This document shows positions 20,461-28,494 of a stretch of 64,000 nt of DNA, piece after piece. The first letter of the stretch is position 1. Each line of letters opens with the position of its first letter. The position numbers were made by a program, and so were the translations under genes. This stretch comes from a virus, in the IMG/VR virus record IMGVR_UViG_3300017786_000003, positions 1-64,000 of that record; one strand, given 5' to 3'. A model generated the notes under the pieces. The model ran no database searches. It saw only the letters and a program-made list of their open reading frames with translations, and had not been told where the DNA came from.

Positions 20461-20759
20461 GACTGGCTAACTTTTTCTTGAGCTTGTTCCATAGCTTCTT
20501 GAAAAGCTTTAGCTTCTGGTGAATCTTTATCTACTGAGTTTTGATTAGCATATTGCTGTGCCATAAACATTTGAGCTTGCATTCTCTCTGCTCTTGACTT
20601 TTCAATAGATGCAAGTAGCATCTCATAATCAGCTTGTATTTCTAAATGTGGGATATTATCTTTGTAGAATTCTGTAATTTCTTCTCTACGCTTTGATAAT
20701 TCTTCTTTTGATAACTCTGGTTGTTTATCAGAAAGGTCTTGTTTGGTTTTATTTGCCAT
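20457..20759 (-). CDS. Hypothetical coiled-coil protein
   Basis: 100-aa ORF preceded by TATATTTG (-7 box) at 20785-20792. Confidence 0.65.
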   Translation of the reverse strand: MANKTKQDLSDKQPELSKEELSKRREEITEFYKDNIPHLEIQADYEMLLASIEKSRAERMQAQMFMAQQYANQNSVDKDSPEAKAFQEAMEQAQEKVSQS

Positions 20760-20831
20760 CTTAATAAATTTAAATTAATAATAACAAATATATAGAATAA
20801 GTTTAAATAAAAAAAGTTTAATACATTTTTT

Positions 20832-21122
20832 TTACCATTTTACTTTATCTGCCCAATATGCAGCACTCATTTTACCCTTAGCAATATTTTTACCGTGTCT
20901 AGCTTTGAAACTCTTACGTCTTGCCTTTTGTTTAGCTGACTCACCTGCTTTAGGTTTGCCTGCAGTTTTTACTCCTTGTTGACCAAAACGTATAGTTTTT
21001 ACTTTATCTCCTACTTTAGCAACCACTACGTGTGATTTCTTAGGATGATTAGGAGTTCTCTTAGGTTTATTATACCCAGAGACTCCTGCTTTAGCCAATC
21101 TACTATCTTTCTTTTTTGCCAT
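20832..21122 (-). CDS. Small basic protein (DUF6321-like)
   Basis: KTIRFGQQG...RRKSFKARH...SAAYWADKVKW. Confidence 0.7.
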   Translation of the reverse strand: MAKKKDSRLAKAGVSGYNKPKRTPNHPKKSHVVVAKVGDKVKTIRFGQQGVKTAGKPKAGESAKQKARRKSFKARHGKNIAKGKMSAAYWADKVKW

Positions 21123-21124
21123 GC

Positions 21125-21457
21125 CTATTGTTTAATCATTAAGATCCCTGCTGCATTTAATGGTGCATCTCCTGTTCCATCTGTTTGCCATAAACTTCCC
21201 TTTTGAAGTCCTGCAGCTCCTGCTGCTCCATCATCTTCATAGGCTGGTACACCAAGTCCTGATATATCTTTTAACTTTTGATCAGTAAATGATTTTAACA
21301 AAGCTAGTGTAACTAATTCTGTTATTACTTTAGGTTGAGGTTTTAACCTTTCTTGAACATTTGCAAATCTAGCAATTGTAACGTAGTCTTCTGCTTTTGG
21401 GGTAACTACTTCTTTTCTTCTTAACATGCCCATCATGTCTTGTAATATTGTACTCAT
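21125..21457 (-). CDS. Minimal fibre/decoration protein with shared N-terminal docking domain
   Basis: MSTILQDMMGMLRRK...DYVTIAR N-terminus shared with three larger fibres; C-terminal YEDDGAAGAAGLQKGSLW motif. Confidence 0.6.
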   Translation of the reverse strand: MSTILQDMMGMLRRKEVVTPKAEDYVTIARFANVQERLKPQPKVITELVTLALLKSFTDQKLKDISGLGVPAYEDDGAAGAAGLQKGSLWQTDGTGDAPLNAAGILMIKQ

Positions 21458-21474
21458 CTTTTTATTTTATATGG

Positions 21475-21717
21475 TTATCTTTTTTTACCTTTATGTAATC
21501 CATGTCTAGCATGTTGTTTACCTTTTTTTGTTGCAGCTCTCTTCTTTTTATTAGCAGCTGCAAGCTTAGATCTACCTTTCTTAGTAGATTTAAGTTTCTT
21601 AATAGTCTTTGATGGAGCATATACTTCTCCAGTTTCAGAACTTTTTTTACCCGAAGGAGTTCTCCACTTTTGTTTAGTCCATCTAGTTAGACTTTTTTGT
21701 TGTTTTGTTTTTGCCAT
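21475..21717 (-). CDS. Small basic protein, DUF5872 C-terminal half-like
   Basis: QKSLTRWTKQKWRT.SGK.S..TGE.Y.P. Confidence 0.6.
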   Translation of the reverse strand: MAKTKQQKSLTRWTKQKWRTPSGKKSSETGEVYAPSKTIKKLKSTKKGRSKLAAANKKKRAATKKGKQHARHGLHKGKKR

Positions 21718-21902
21718 TACCTAGTTGTAAAAGTATGTAATGAAAATAATATTAATGAAGAAAAAAGTATACCCATAATAGCATGATCAGTTTGAGTCAC
21801 CTTTGCTTCTTTACAGCATTCTTTTCTTTCCCATGATGGCTTTGATGTACCACAGCTCATAAACAAAAATACAAATAATATTAATATAATCCTTTTAATC
21901 AT
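21717..21902 (-). CDS. Small lipoprotein with C-terminal TM helix
   Basis: Signal peptide with lipobox FMS-C followed by GTSK; hydrophobic C-terminus. Confidence 0.55.
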   Translation of the reverse strand: MIKRIILILFVFLFMSCGTSKPSWERKECCKEAKVTQTDHAIMGILFSSLILFSLHTFTTR

Positions 21903-22108
21903 TATTTTTTGCTTTTATATCCTCCACCAGCAGCCTTGTAACGCTTTGCTAACATCTGAGCTTTACGTGCTGACCATTGTCCTGGTCTACCACCTTTGCT
22001 TCCAGCTTTGATAGAATTAAATAATCTTTTACGCATTCCCGGTTTAGTATAGTTTCCTGAACTATTTACCGTACTTTTCTTTTTCTTACTTGATTTTTTT
22101 AATGCCAT
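21902..22108 (-). CDS. Small basic protein, DUF5872 N-terminal half-like
   Basis: YTKPGMRKRLF..IKAGSKGG.PGQWSARKAQMLAK.YK.AGGGY. Confidence 0.7.
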   Translation of the reverse strand: MALKKSSKKKKSTVNSSGNYTKPGMRKRLFNSIKAGSKGGRPGQWSARKAQMLAKRYKAAGGGYKSKK

Positions 22109-22434
22109 TACGCTTCATTTTTAGTTTCCGGATACGCTTTATTCATAACATCCTTAAGTAAGGCACACTTCTCATATTCTTCTGTACCTATAAAATGATT
22201 AATCATATTTTCTAATTCTTCTAGTTTTGGTCCGTCATCAGGATCAAATGCCATTATAGCATCACCACCCTTTTTGAATTGACTAACCATTAGATCCTCA
22301 AATGATATTTGATTAGATAATATTAAATAAGCATTGTTATATGCTATTTCTAATAATACCATATCCATCTGCATTTGTTCAATTTCCGTCAAACCATTTT
22401 CATGTTCCTCATTATTATCTTCCCAGTTTGACAT
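22108..22434 (-). CDS. Hypothetical protein with UvrB/UvrC-like coiled motif
   Basis: C-terminal EEYEKCALLKD. Confidence 0.6.
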   Translation of the reverse strand: MSNWEDNNEEHENGLTEIEQMQMDMVLLEIAYNNAYLILSNQISFEDLMVSQFKKGGDAIMAFDPDDGPKLEELENMINHFIGTEEYEKCALLKDVMNKAYPETKNEA

Positions 22435-22595
22435 AATTTTTTATTTAGTTAGAAACTCTTCTATACAAACAATATAATGAATTTTTAGTTTTTATAAAAG
22501 TGTTTGACTCACTAATATGCCCCGCCTTCCAGTAAAATTTTTTTTTGCCCCCCAAAAAATTGTGTGTTTGGCATGTGCAAGAGGTTCTATTAGAT

Positions 22596-22608
22596 TGCTC
22601 CCCAACTA
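22596..22608 (+). repeat. TGCTCCCCAACTA motif, copy 1
   Basis: Exact 13-mer also at 22835, 25538 and 34100. Confidence 0.8.
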
Positions 22609-22834
22609 AAATTTGAAGTGTGGTCACCCCCCGTAGAAATGCAGGGTGTCAAACATAATGTGTAGCTATATAAAAAAAGTCTGCTACACAGAAGAAAAGA
22701 CTACACTACAACAAAGCACAGGAGTATGTACTATCTATGTATTGTAACTACAATCATTTCTACTACTGCTCTACCAACGGAAGACTAAGTGTGTATCTAT
22801 ATATAAGCAATCTGCTCTATGTATATAACCGCTC

Positions 22835-22847
22835 TGCTCCCCAACTA
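22835..22847 (+). repeat. TGCTCCCCAACTA motif, copy 2
   Basis: Exact 13-mer about 75 nt upstream of the first plus-strand gene. Confidence 0.8.
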
Positions 22848-22922
22848 ATATATGAGTAGGCTATTACTCTTAAACAATTTAGTATACATATAAGCCGTGT
22901 ATATAACTTAAAATCCTTAATT

Positions 22923-23312
22923 ATGCTATATTTTAATAAAGTAAACCGTAACCCTAAAACAGGGAAAGCAACTCTACAATTGACTACTAAACCAATTGTA
23001 ACAACTGTGAAAGAGATTAACATTCCGGGCATAGGCCCAAGAAAAGTGTCTCAAACATCAACACCTGATGTAAAGTTTGTCCTTAAGTCTATGCAAGACG
23101 GAGAAACACAAGAGTACTGTAGAATCAATCACCCTATTTGGGATGAGCTTGAGAAAGGCTACAAGATGAATGACCCTGTAGAGTGGGTAGACATTGACCT
23201 AAATAAGCCTGTAATCAACAGTATTCCTGTAAAAGATGCAGACGGTAATGAAACAGGAGAGATGAAAGAAGAGCCAAGCACTACCTTATTTTGGGGTAAG
23301 CTTGCAGTTTAA
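22923..23312 (+). CDS. Hypothetical early protein
   Basis: 129 aa, first gene of the plus block, followed by a terminator. Confidence 0.7.
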   Translation: MLYFNKVNRNPKTGKATLQLTTKPIVTTVKEINIPGIGPRKVSQTSTPDVKFVLKSMQDGETQEYCRINHPIWDELEKGYKMNDPVEWVDIDLNKPVINSIPVKDADGNETGEMKEEPSTTLFWGKLAV

Positions 23313-23319
23313 CAGCAAA

Positions 23320-23353
23320 AGCAAGGGGGGTTACCTCCTTGCTCCTTTGTTTT
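23320..23353 (+). terminator. Intrinsic terminator
   Basis: AGCAAGGGGG/CCTCCTTGCT stem plus T-rich tail. Confidence 0.65.
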
Positions 23354-23430
23354 ACAATAAAAAGGTAATTATGCATAGTTACCTCCTTTATTTTTATTTA
23401 TTATGCACGTTGCACACTGTGTGTGACATC

Positions 23431-23460
23431 CATTTACCACAAATAACCACCTTTTACCAC
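23431..23460 (+). repeat. Three T(T/A)ACCAC direct repeats at 10-bp period (iteron-like)
   Basis: catTTACCAC aaaTAACCAC cttTTACCAC followed by an AT-rich tract. Confidence 0.55.
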
Positions 23461-23656
23461 TAAATAAAATTAGTTACTGCTTATAATATATATATAGCTA
23501 ACATAATGACTAGAGTAATGAGTCAAGCAATACCACTGACTATTCTGAAATAGTGTCAGCCAATATGGATAAGCACTCTAGTTATATATGTCTATTCCTC
23601 TATAGGATAATAGGCATAGTACCCGCAATATTGCAATAACCCTTAATAACAAGTAT

Positions 23657-23944
23657 ATGAAAATTAAAATCCTTAAGCCTGAACTCTTTGTTCAGCATCG
23701 TAACCAAATAGGCTTAGTCCTATTCACTAGAGAACAAGATGTTAATGTCAATTTCTTTAGTGGTGATAACGCAGAATCTTTAGTTATACATCGTAATGAA
23801 TTAGGATCTCCTTCAATGAGTAACCTTGAAGCAGAACTTATTGCTAATGACTCGTTAAGATACTTAGCATCGTACCATAATGTTGTAGAAGTACAGCATA
23901 GTACACACTTTGATATAAATCAAATAATCTATAATAACAATTAA
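23657..23944 (+). CDS. Hypothetical protein
   Basis: 95-aa ORF with A-rich start context. Confidence 0.65.
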   Translation: MKIKILKPELFVQHRNQIGLVLFTREQDVNVNFFSGDNAESLVIHRNELGSPSMSNLEAELIANDSLRYLASYHNVVEVQHSTHFDINQIIYNNN

Positions 23945-23946
23945 TT

Positions 23947-24102
23947 ATGAAGAGAGTTATCTACCTATTGTTGTTCCTGTTCGTTGCAGGACCAGCTATT
24001 CAATCTTGTGGTTCTTCAAGAACTTGCAAAACACAGAAGTACAAAAAGAAAATGTACAACAAATGTTGGAATGCAAAGAAACAGAAAATGACAAGATGTT
24101 AA
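23947..24102 (+). CDS. Small basic Cys-rich lipoprotein (51 aa)
   Basis: Not in ORF track: MKRVIYLLLFLFVAGPAIQS-CGSSRTCKTQKYKKKMYNKCWNAKKQKMTRC; lipobox-like IQSC. Confidence 0.65.
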   Translation: MKRVIYLLLFLFVAGPAIQSCGSSRTCKTQKYKKKMYNKCWNAKKQKMTRC

Positions 24103-24112
24103 TCACTCAATC

Positions 24113-24140
24113 GGGGGAAGGAAACTTCCCTCTTTTTATT
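24113..24140 (+). terminator. Intrinsic terminator
   Basis: GGGGGAAG-GAAA-CTTCCCTC-TTTTT. Confidence 0.75.
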
Positions 24141-24162
24141 AACCCATTAAACAAAAACAATT

Positions 24163-24525
24163 ATGAAAAATTTATTTAGAGCAATAATTAAAGCTATATT
24201 TGTAGTTATATTGCCAATCCTCGTACCAATAGTTACATCTTACTATATGATATATAATCCTGTATCAGGAACTATAGTAATATTATTAATAACCGTGATA
24301 TTTCTTACTATGCTGAATGGACTGTTTTATTACACAAAGATGCGTAAAGTAAGCATGTTACCTACATTTAGTTTCCATGATTTTGCATTTGAACCTATTA
24401 TAGGTTTATCAATCGGATGTAAATGTACACCAAGAGGTTTGGAAACAATAATAATAGTACCGTTTATGGTATTAGAAGTTCATGCAAAGTTTAAAAAAAA
24501 ATCACAATATAGTTTAGAATTATGA
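24163..24525 (+). CDS. Membrane protein
   Basis: Two N-terminal hydrophobic helices. Confidence 0.65.
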   Translation: MKNLFRAIIKAIFVVILPILVPIVTSYYMIYNPVSGTIVILLITVIFLTMLNGLFYYTKMRKVSMLPTFSFHDFAFEPIIGLSIGCKCTPRGLETIIIVPFMVLEVHAKFKKKSQYSLEL

Positions 24526-25355
24526 GAGATATAAAATATAGTAAAAACGTACTAAGACTACAATTGATCACATTAGCATTAATGCTTTGTGCTCTTGTAG
24601 CATCAAGTCAATCCTATAAAGGTAACAGAACAATAGAAAATACGTTCAAACCTTATGATGGATATGAAAGATTTGCAAAAGACGCTTACTCAGAATGGTT
24701 AATAGCCCATCCTTTGAAAAGGAATAATCAGGTTATGTACTATGATGGTACGCTGAAAGATAGCAGAGATATATATGTAGCAGTATTTGACTATGAAATA
24801 GGTGACAGAGACCTACATCATTGTGCAGATGCAGCTATATATCTTAGAGCATCATATAATTATAGCAATGGGTTTCTGGATAGATTGACCTATACCTTCA
24901 CTAATGGTATAGAGTCAAGCTATTTGGATTATTTACAAGGTTATAATTATGTAGAAATGAATGGGGGTAGAGACCTCATCAGAAAAATAGGGCAACCAAG
25001 AGAAGATAGTTGTAAGACTTTCAGACAATGGTTAGACCTAATATGGAACTATGCAGGTACAGCATCACTAGAAGGTGATGATACCTATGCAATATCCATG
25101 TTTGAAATGGAGCCAGGAGATATATTTATCCAAGGCGGATATCCAGGACACGCTATGACTGTTGTTGATATGGCTGTAAATGAGAATGGCCATAAGATAT
25201 TTATGCTAGCACAGAGCTTTATGCCAGCACAAGAACAACAGATTGTTATGAATCCTCTTACCAGAGATGTATGGTTCTCACTTGATGATTTAAATTATAT
25301 CATCACACCAGAGTACACATTCACACCTGGACAACTAAGAAGATTTATAAAATAA
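24522..25355 (+). CDS. Secreted DUF4846-family protein (papain/NlpC-like Cys-His fold)
   Basis: Signal peptide ending ASS-Q; DLHHCADAAIYLRASY, YAGTASL, PGDIFIQGGYPGHAMTVVDMA, LAQSFMPAQ. Confidence 0.8.
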   Translation: MRDIKYSKNVLRLQLITLALMLCALVASSQSYKGNRTIENTFKPYDGYERFAKDAYSEWLIAHPLKRNNQVMYYDGTLKDSRDIYVAVFDYEIGDRDLHHCADAAIYLRASYNYSNGFLDRLTYTFTNGIESSYLDYLQGYNYVEMNGGRDLIRKIGQPREDSCKTFRQWLDLIWNYAGTASLEGDDTYAISMFEMEPGDIFIQGGYPGHAMTVVDMAVNENGHKIFMLAQSFMPAQEQQIVMNPLTRDVWFSLDDLNYIITPEYTFTPGQLRRFIK

Positions 25356-25461
25356 CTATCACCGGTGACACACTAACAATACCAGTATTATTATGTTTAT
25401 ATAATAACTAACATAATGGCCCTGTCGTAAAAGCTAATGGTTGATTGAGTGGTCACCAAAG

Positions 25462-25522
25462 AATCAGAACTACATTCTCCCTTTTCTCATACTTGTTTTA
25501 GGGAGTCTGTAGCTGATTTTTT
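25462..25522 (+). terminator. Long hairpin / terminator
   Basis: AATCAG..CTACA..CTCCC pairs with GGGAG..TGTAG.CTGATT, then a T-tract. Confidence 0.5.
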
Positions 25523-25537
25523 AATTAAGGAGTTTTC

Positions 25538-25550
25538 TGCTCCCCAACTA
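25538..25550 (+). repeat. TGCTCCCCAACTA motif, copy 3
   Basis: Exact 13-mer after a terminator, 30 nt before the 25580 start. Confidence 0.8.
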
Positions 25551-25579
25551 TTAACCACTTATATAAAAAATAAAAGAAT

Positions 25580-26068
25580 ATGGCAGATACATATGAAGTA
25601 CATAAAATAATAATACATAATATATTCAAGGAATTAATAGATAATGATAATGTAAACTATGCTCATAACGCAGATCACATAAAAGATATACTACTTAGAG
25701 AGTTAAGCTCACACCACATAGAGTGTATAGTGCATCTTATGATGATAGAAGAAGAGTATAAGCCTGTCAAAGTAGGTGATTATGTAATAGTAAAACCTAA
25801 ATCATTCCATGTTAACCAAGAGTATGAACCTGATTATCTAAAAGAAATGGGTTTGTTACCAAGTGATGGCAAAGTATATGGTCAAGTAGTAGATGATGAA
25901 TCATGGTCCACCAGTTCAGTGTTTAATCCGTTTTATAGTAGAATAAAAGTTAATCTACTATATCATGATGATAAGCACCAGATAAAATATGTAGAAGATA
26001 CCTTTAATCCTATGCATTTACATAAGGTAGATAAGAAATCAATTAAGTATTTTAAAAAAGAAAAGTAA
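25580..26068 (+). CDS. Hypothetical protein (SH3/KOW-like VKVGDYV motif)
   Basis: 162-aa ORF. Confidence 0.65.
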   Translation: MADTYEVHKIIIHNIFKELIDNDNVNYAHNADHIKDILLRELSSHHIECIVHLMMIEEEYKPVKVGDYVIVKPKSFHVNQEYEPDYLKEMGLLPSDGKVYGQVVDDESWSTSSVFNPFYSRIKVNLLYHDDKHQIKYVEDTFNPMHLHKVDKKSIKYFKKEK

Positions 26069-26069
26069 T

Positions 26070-26267
26070 ATGGCACCTAAATTATCTATACAGTTAATTC
26101 AAAATGAGCAAAAGAACTACAATAGCATAAGAAAACATTATGCTGATAGCTTTGCACAATATATGAATAATAAGTATGCCTTAAATGACCCTGTTCTACA
26201 GAAAGAAAAGGATGAAGGTATGGCAATGCTTATATTATTAAAAGATCATGCACAAGACTTTAAATAG
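26070..26267 (+). CDS. Hypothetical protein
   Basis: 65 aa, operon-coupled. Confidence 0.55.
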   Translation: MAPKLSIQLIQNEQKNYNSIRKHYADSFAQYMNNKYALNDPVLQKEKDEGMAMLILLKDHAQDFK

Positions 26268-26499
26268 ATTTGGCATAGTATCACATAAGGTCATTACAGA
26301 TATAAATTTATCTGTTCAGTCTAAAGCACTATATAGTTTGCTGGCATGTTACTCTAATAAAGAGAGAACCTGCTTTCCATCTATAAGTAGATTAGCAGAT
26401 GACCTTGGCTCAAGTCAATCTAGCATACATAGATGGATTAAAGAGCTAAAACACTACCAATACATAAAAAGAGTTGGTAGAAAGATACATATAGTCTAA
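26248..26499 (+). CDS. Helix-turn-helix protein (HTH_36 / replication-initiator N-terminal-like)
   Basis: LS...KALYSLL..YS.....CFPSISRLADDLGSSQSSIHRWIKELK. Confidence 0.8.
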   Translation: MHKTLNRFGIVSHKVITDINLSVQSKALYSLLACYSNKERTCFPSISRLADDLGSSQSSIHRWIKELKHYQYIKRVGRKIHIV

Positions 26500-26502
26500 A
26501 AC

Positions 26503-26590
26503 GTTAGCTATATATATGCAATATAATTTGGCATAAAGCCTAAATTCATTTAATTATACTGATACAGGAAGAGTTATATTATTATCTTTA
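26503..26590 (+). promoter_or_regulatory. GTTAGCTATATA element plus TATATTATTA/TATCTTTA promoter
   Basis: GTTAGCTATATA 26503-26514, TATATTATTA 26575-26584, TATCTTTA 26583-26590. Confidence 0.5.
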
Positions 26591-26608
26591 CAATAATAAT
26601 TTAAGATA

Positions 26609-26878
26609 ATGATAATACAACTTCCTAATGGACGTATAATAGAATGTTCAGTTGAACAGTACTTATCTCTCTCAGATGATGAGTATAATGACCTTAATGG
26701 TCTAAGTTCAGCGTATACAAAGGAAGTGGGTGATCCATTTTACAATAGTAGTTATAAACGCAATTCAGTACCAACATTTGTAGAGAATGAAATGATTCTT
26801 GAGAATGAACCGGCATTGGATGAAGTAACTTCTTTTGAGAAATTAGATGATCCGTATTTCCATTCAGATGATATCTAA
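26609..26878 (+). CDS. Hypothetical acidic protein
   Basis: MIIQLPNGRIIECSVEQYL; 89 aa. Confidence 0.65.
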   Translation: MIIQLPNGRIIECSVEQYLSLSDDEYNDLNGLSSAYTKEVGDPFYNSSYKRNSVPTFVENEMILENEPALDEVTSFEKLDDPYFHSDDI

Positions 26879-26919
26879 TCATCAACAATTATTTTATTCA
26901 CACTTAAATTTTATTAAAA

Positions 26920-27486
26920 ATGCAAAAGAAAAATCAAGTAACCGTTGAAGCGGATGAGATGGGTAATGTTGTCCGTCAATCTAAAAACAAACCAGAATTT
27001 GGCTTTATCAGAGTAACTCAAAAGAGAGTTATGATTAACTCTAACAGCTTTGTTGACTATGTACCATTAAGTGCTATTATTGGTGGTAAAATAGAAGCAT
27101 TAGAAGCTTTAGAATGGACTGCCGGTGAGAAATTATCAGGTAGAATTGTTATCACAGAGAAATTAAATCCATTTAACAATGAAAACCCTAACCAACATTT
27201 AAAAATGGCAGGTCAAACGGGTGTTGTTTGTTCAGTAGATGGAGAACCTATTTATAGGAAAACATCTTATAGTTCAGATGCAACTGTTGAAGATGTATTG
27301 ATAGCACATGATAACGGAGAAGAAATCAGATTAGCAAATGGAACTGCTACAACAGCAAAGATTAACAAAGAAGTTAAGCCTGCTGAAGCATTTGGTTTAG
27401 AATCTGAAGAGAAAGTAGATGAAGTAGAAGATGTGGTTGAAGTTACAGATAATGTAGAAGAAGTTGTTGAAGATTTTACTCTTTAA
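26920..27486 (+). CDS. Hypothetical protein, possible OB-fold ssDNA-binding protein
   Basis: Beta-rich core with acidic tail ending VEDFTL; highly biased codons. Confidence 0.45.
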   Translation: MQKKNQVTVEADEMGNVVRQSKNKPEFGFIRVTQKRVMINSNSFVDYVPLSAIIGGKIEALEALEWTAGEKLSGRIVITEKLNPFNNENPNQHLKMAGQTGVVCSVDGEPIYRKTSYSSDATVEDVLIAHDNGEEIRLANGTATTAKINKEVKPAEAFGLESEEKVDEVEDVVEVTDNVEEVVEDFTL

Positions 27487-27504
27487 TAAACTATAAATCA
27501 TAAG

Positions 27505-27563
27505 ATTAGCTCAGAATCCTGGGGTGTACGGTAATTCATTACCTACCAGGCTGAGCTAATTTT
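27505..27563 (+). terminator. Extended hairpin / terminator
   Basis: ATTAGCTCAG..CCTGG / CCAGG.CTGAGCTAAT stems around an inner GGTAAT-TC-ATTACC hairpin. Confidence 0.55.
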
Positions 27564-27603
27564 ATATTACTTAACATAATCTATAACTAAAACCTAAACA
27601 AGT

Positions 27604-28131
27604 ATGCTATCACAGGAACAACTACAACAACTAAAACTAAGTGAGGCTGAATCCAAGCTTAGTAAGCGTGTAGAACGCTACCAATATTTGGGTCTATATG
27701 ATGAATATCAATTACACCCACCATCAATCATCAATTCATTTCAATATTCTAAACTTAATCCTTATCAACATTTTTTATTTAAACGTGTACTACATGGATT
27801 AAAGGTTTATAAACCTGAAGAAGTTAGAAAACTTCATTGGGACAAGAAACGTAGAATAACAAGGGTATGGAAAAGAGCACAGAAAGAGCTCAATGCATGG
27901 AAGCAAATGCTTTGTAATAAGAAAATAAATCATTATCTTAGTACAACTTTTAAGCATTCTTCATTGGCTCAATACATAGCTTCATTTCCACCAGAAGAAG
28001 TGTTAGATGATTACACTAACACTATGACTTTCAAAGAGTTAGGTATTAACTATGAAGATGTTATACTAAAGTTTATGTCACTAGGTCTATTACCAAGGAA
28101 TTACTTTACTATAAAATCAAATGGCAATTAA
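27604..28131 (+). CDS. Hypothetical protein (crAss-like conserved)
   Basis: 175 aa; C-terminal FKELGI...GLLPRNYF. Confidence 0.65.
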   Translation: MLSQEQLQQLKLSEAESKLSKRVERYQYLGLYDEYQLHPPSIINSFQYSKLNPYQHFLFKRVLHGLKVYKPEEVRKLHWDKKRRITRVWKRAQKELNAWKQMLCNKKINHYLSTTFKHSSLAQYIASFPPEEVLDDYTNTMTFKELGINYEDVILKFMSLGLLPRNYFTIKSNGN

Positions 28132-28393
28132 GAAATACTCTAAGAAAATGTCAAAGACTAATGCTTCATATGCAAAATTGCGTAGGAAGTATTTAATGGA
28201 TCATCCAGTATGTCATGCTAAGATACACAAGTGTAGTTTACACGCAACAGATGTCCATCATAAACAGGGCCGTGGTTTACATCATTTAGATGTAAACACG
28301 TGGCTACCTGTTTGTAGAAATTGCCATATGTGGATAGAAGAACATCCTGCAGAAGCAATTGAATTAGGTTACTCAATACCAAGATCTAAATAA
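28121..28393 (+). CDS. HNH endonuclease
   Basis: C......C....DVHH...R.......N....CRNCH. Confidence 0.8.
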   Translation: MAIKKYSKKMSKTNASYAKLRRKYLMDHPVCHAKIHKCSLHATDVHHKQGRGLHHLDVNTWLPVCRNCHMWIEEHPAEAIELGYSIPRSK

Positions 28394-28398
28394 ACAAT

Positions 28399-28494
28399 AT
28401 GAAAAAGAATTTCAATATTAAACCGTGGGTATGGTTACTAATATTATTAATCACATACCTAATATGGTCTAATATATTAAAAGTTATATTATGA
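28399..28494 (+). CDS. Small membrane peptide (31 aa)
   Basis: MKKNFNIKPWVWLLILLITYLIWSNILKVIL; stop overlaps the helicase ATG. Confidence 0.5.
   Translation: MKKNFNIKPWVWLLILLITYLIWSNILKVIL

Larger units (their letters stand above)
22435..22922. other. Divergent non-coding control region (strand switch; candidate origin or genome end)
   Basis: About 490 bp without a credible ORF between the minus late block and the plus early block; holds two TGCTCCCCAACTA copies and variants. Confidence 0.55.

Noticed and set aside
22596-22847. TGCTCCCCAACTA copies as a mini CRISPR array
   Set aside because: The repeat is only 13 nt, spacing is irregular (239 bp to several kb), and there are no cas genes
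22445-23032. Track ORFs 22445..22627 and 22817..23032 (minus)
   Set aside because: Non-ATG starts, low-complexity content, and overlap with regulatory motifs or a better plus-strand gene
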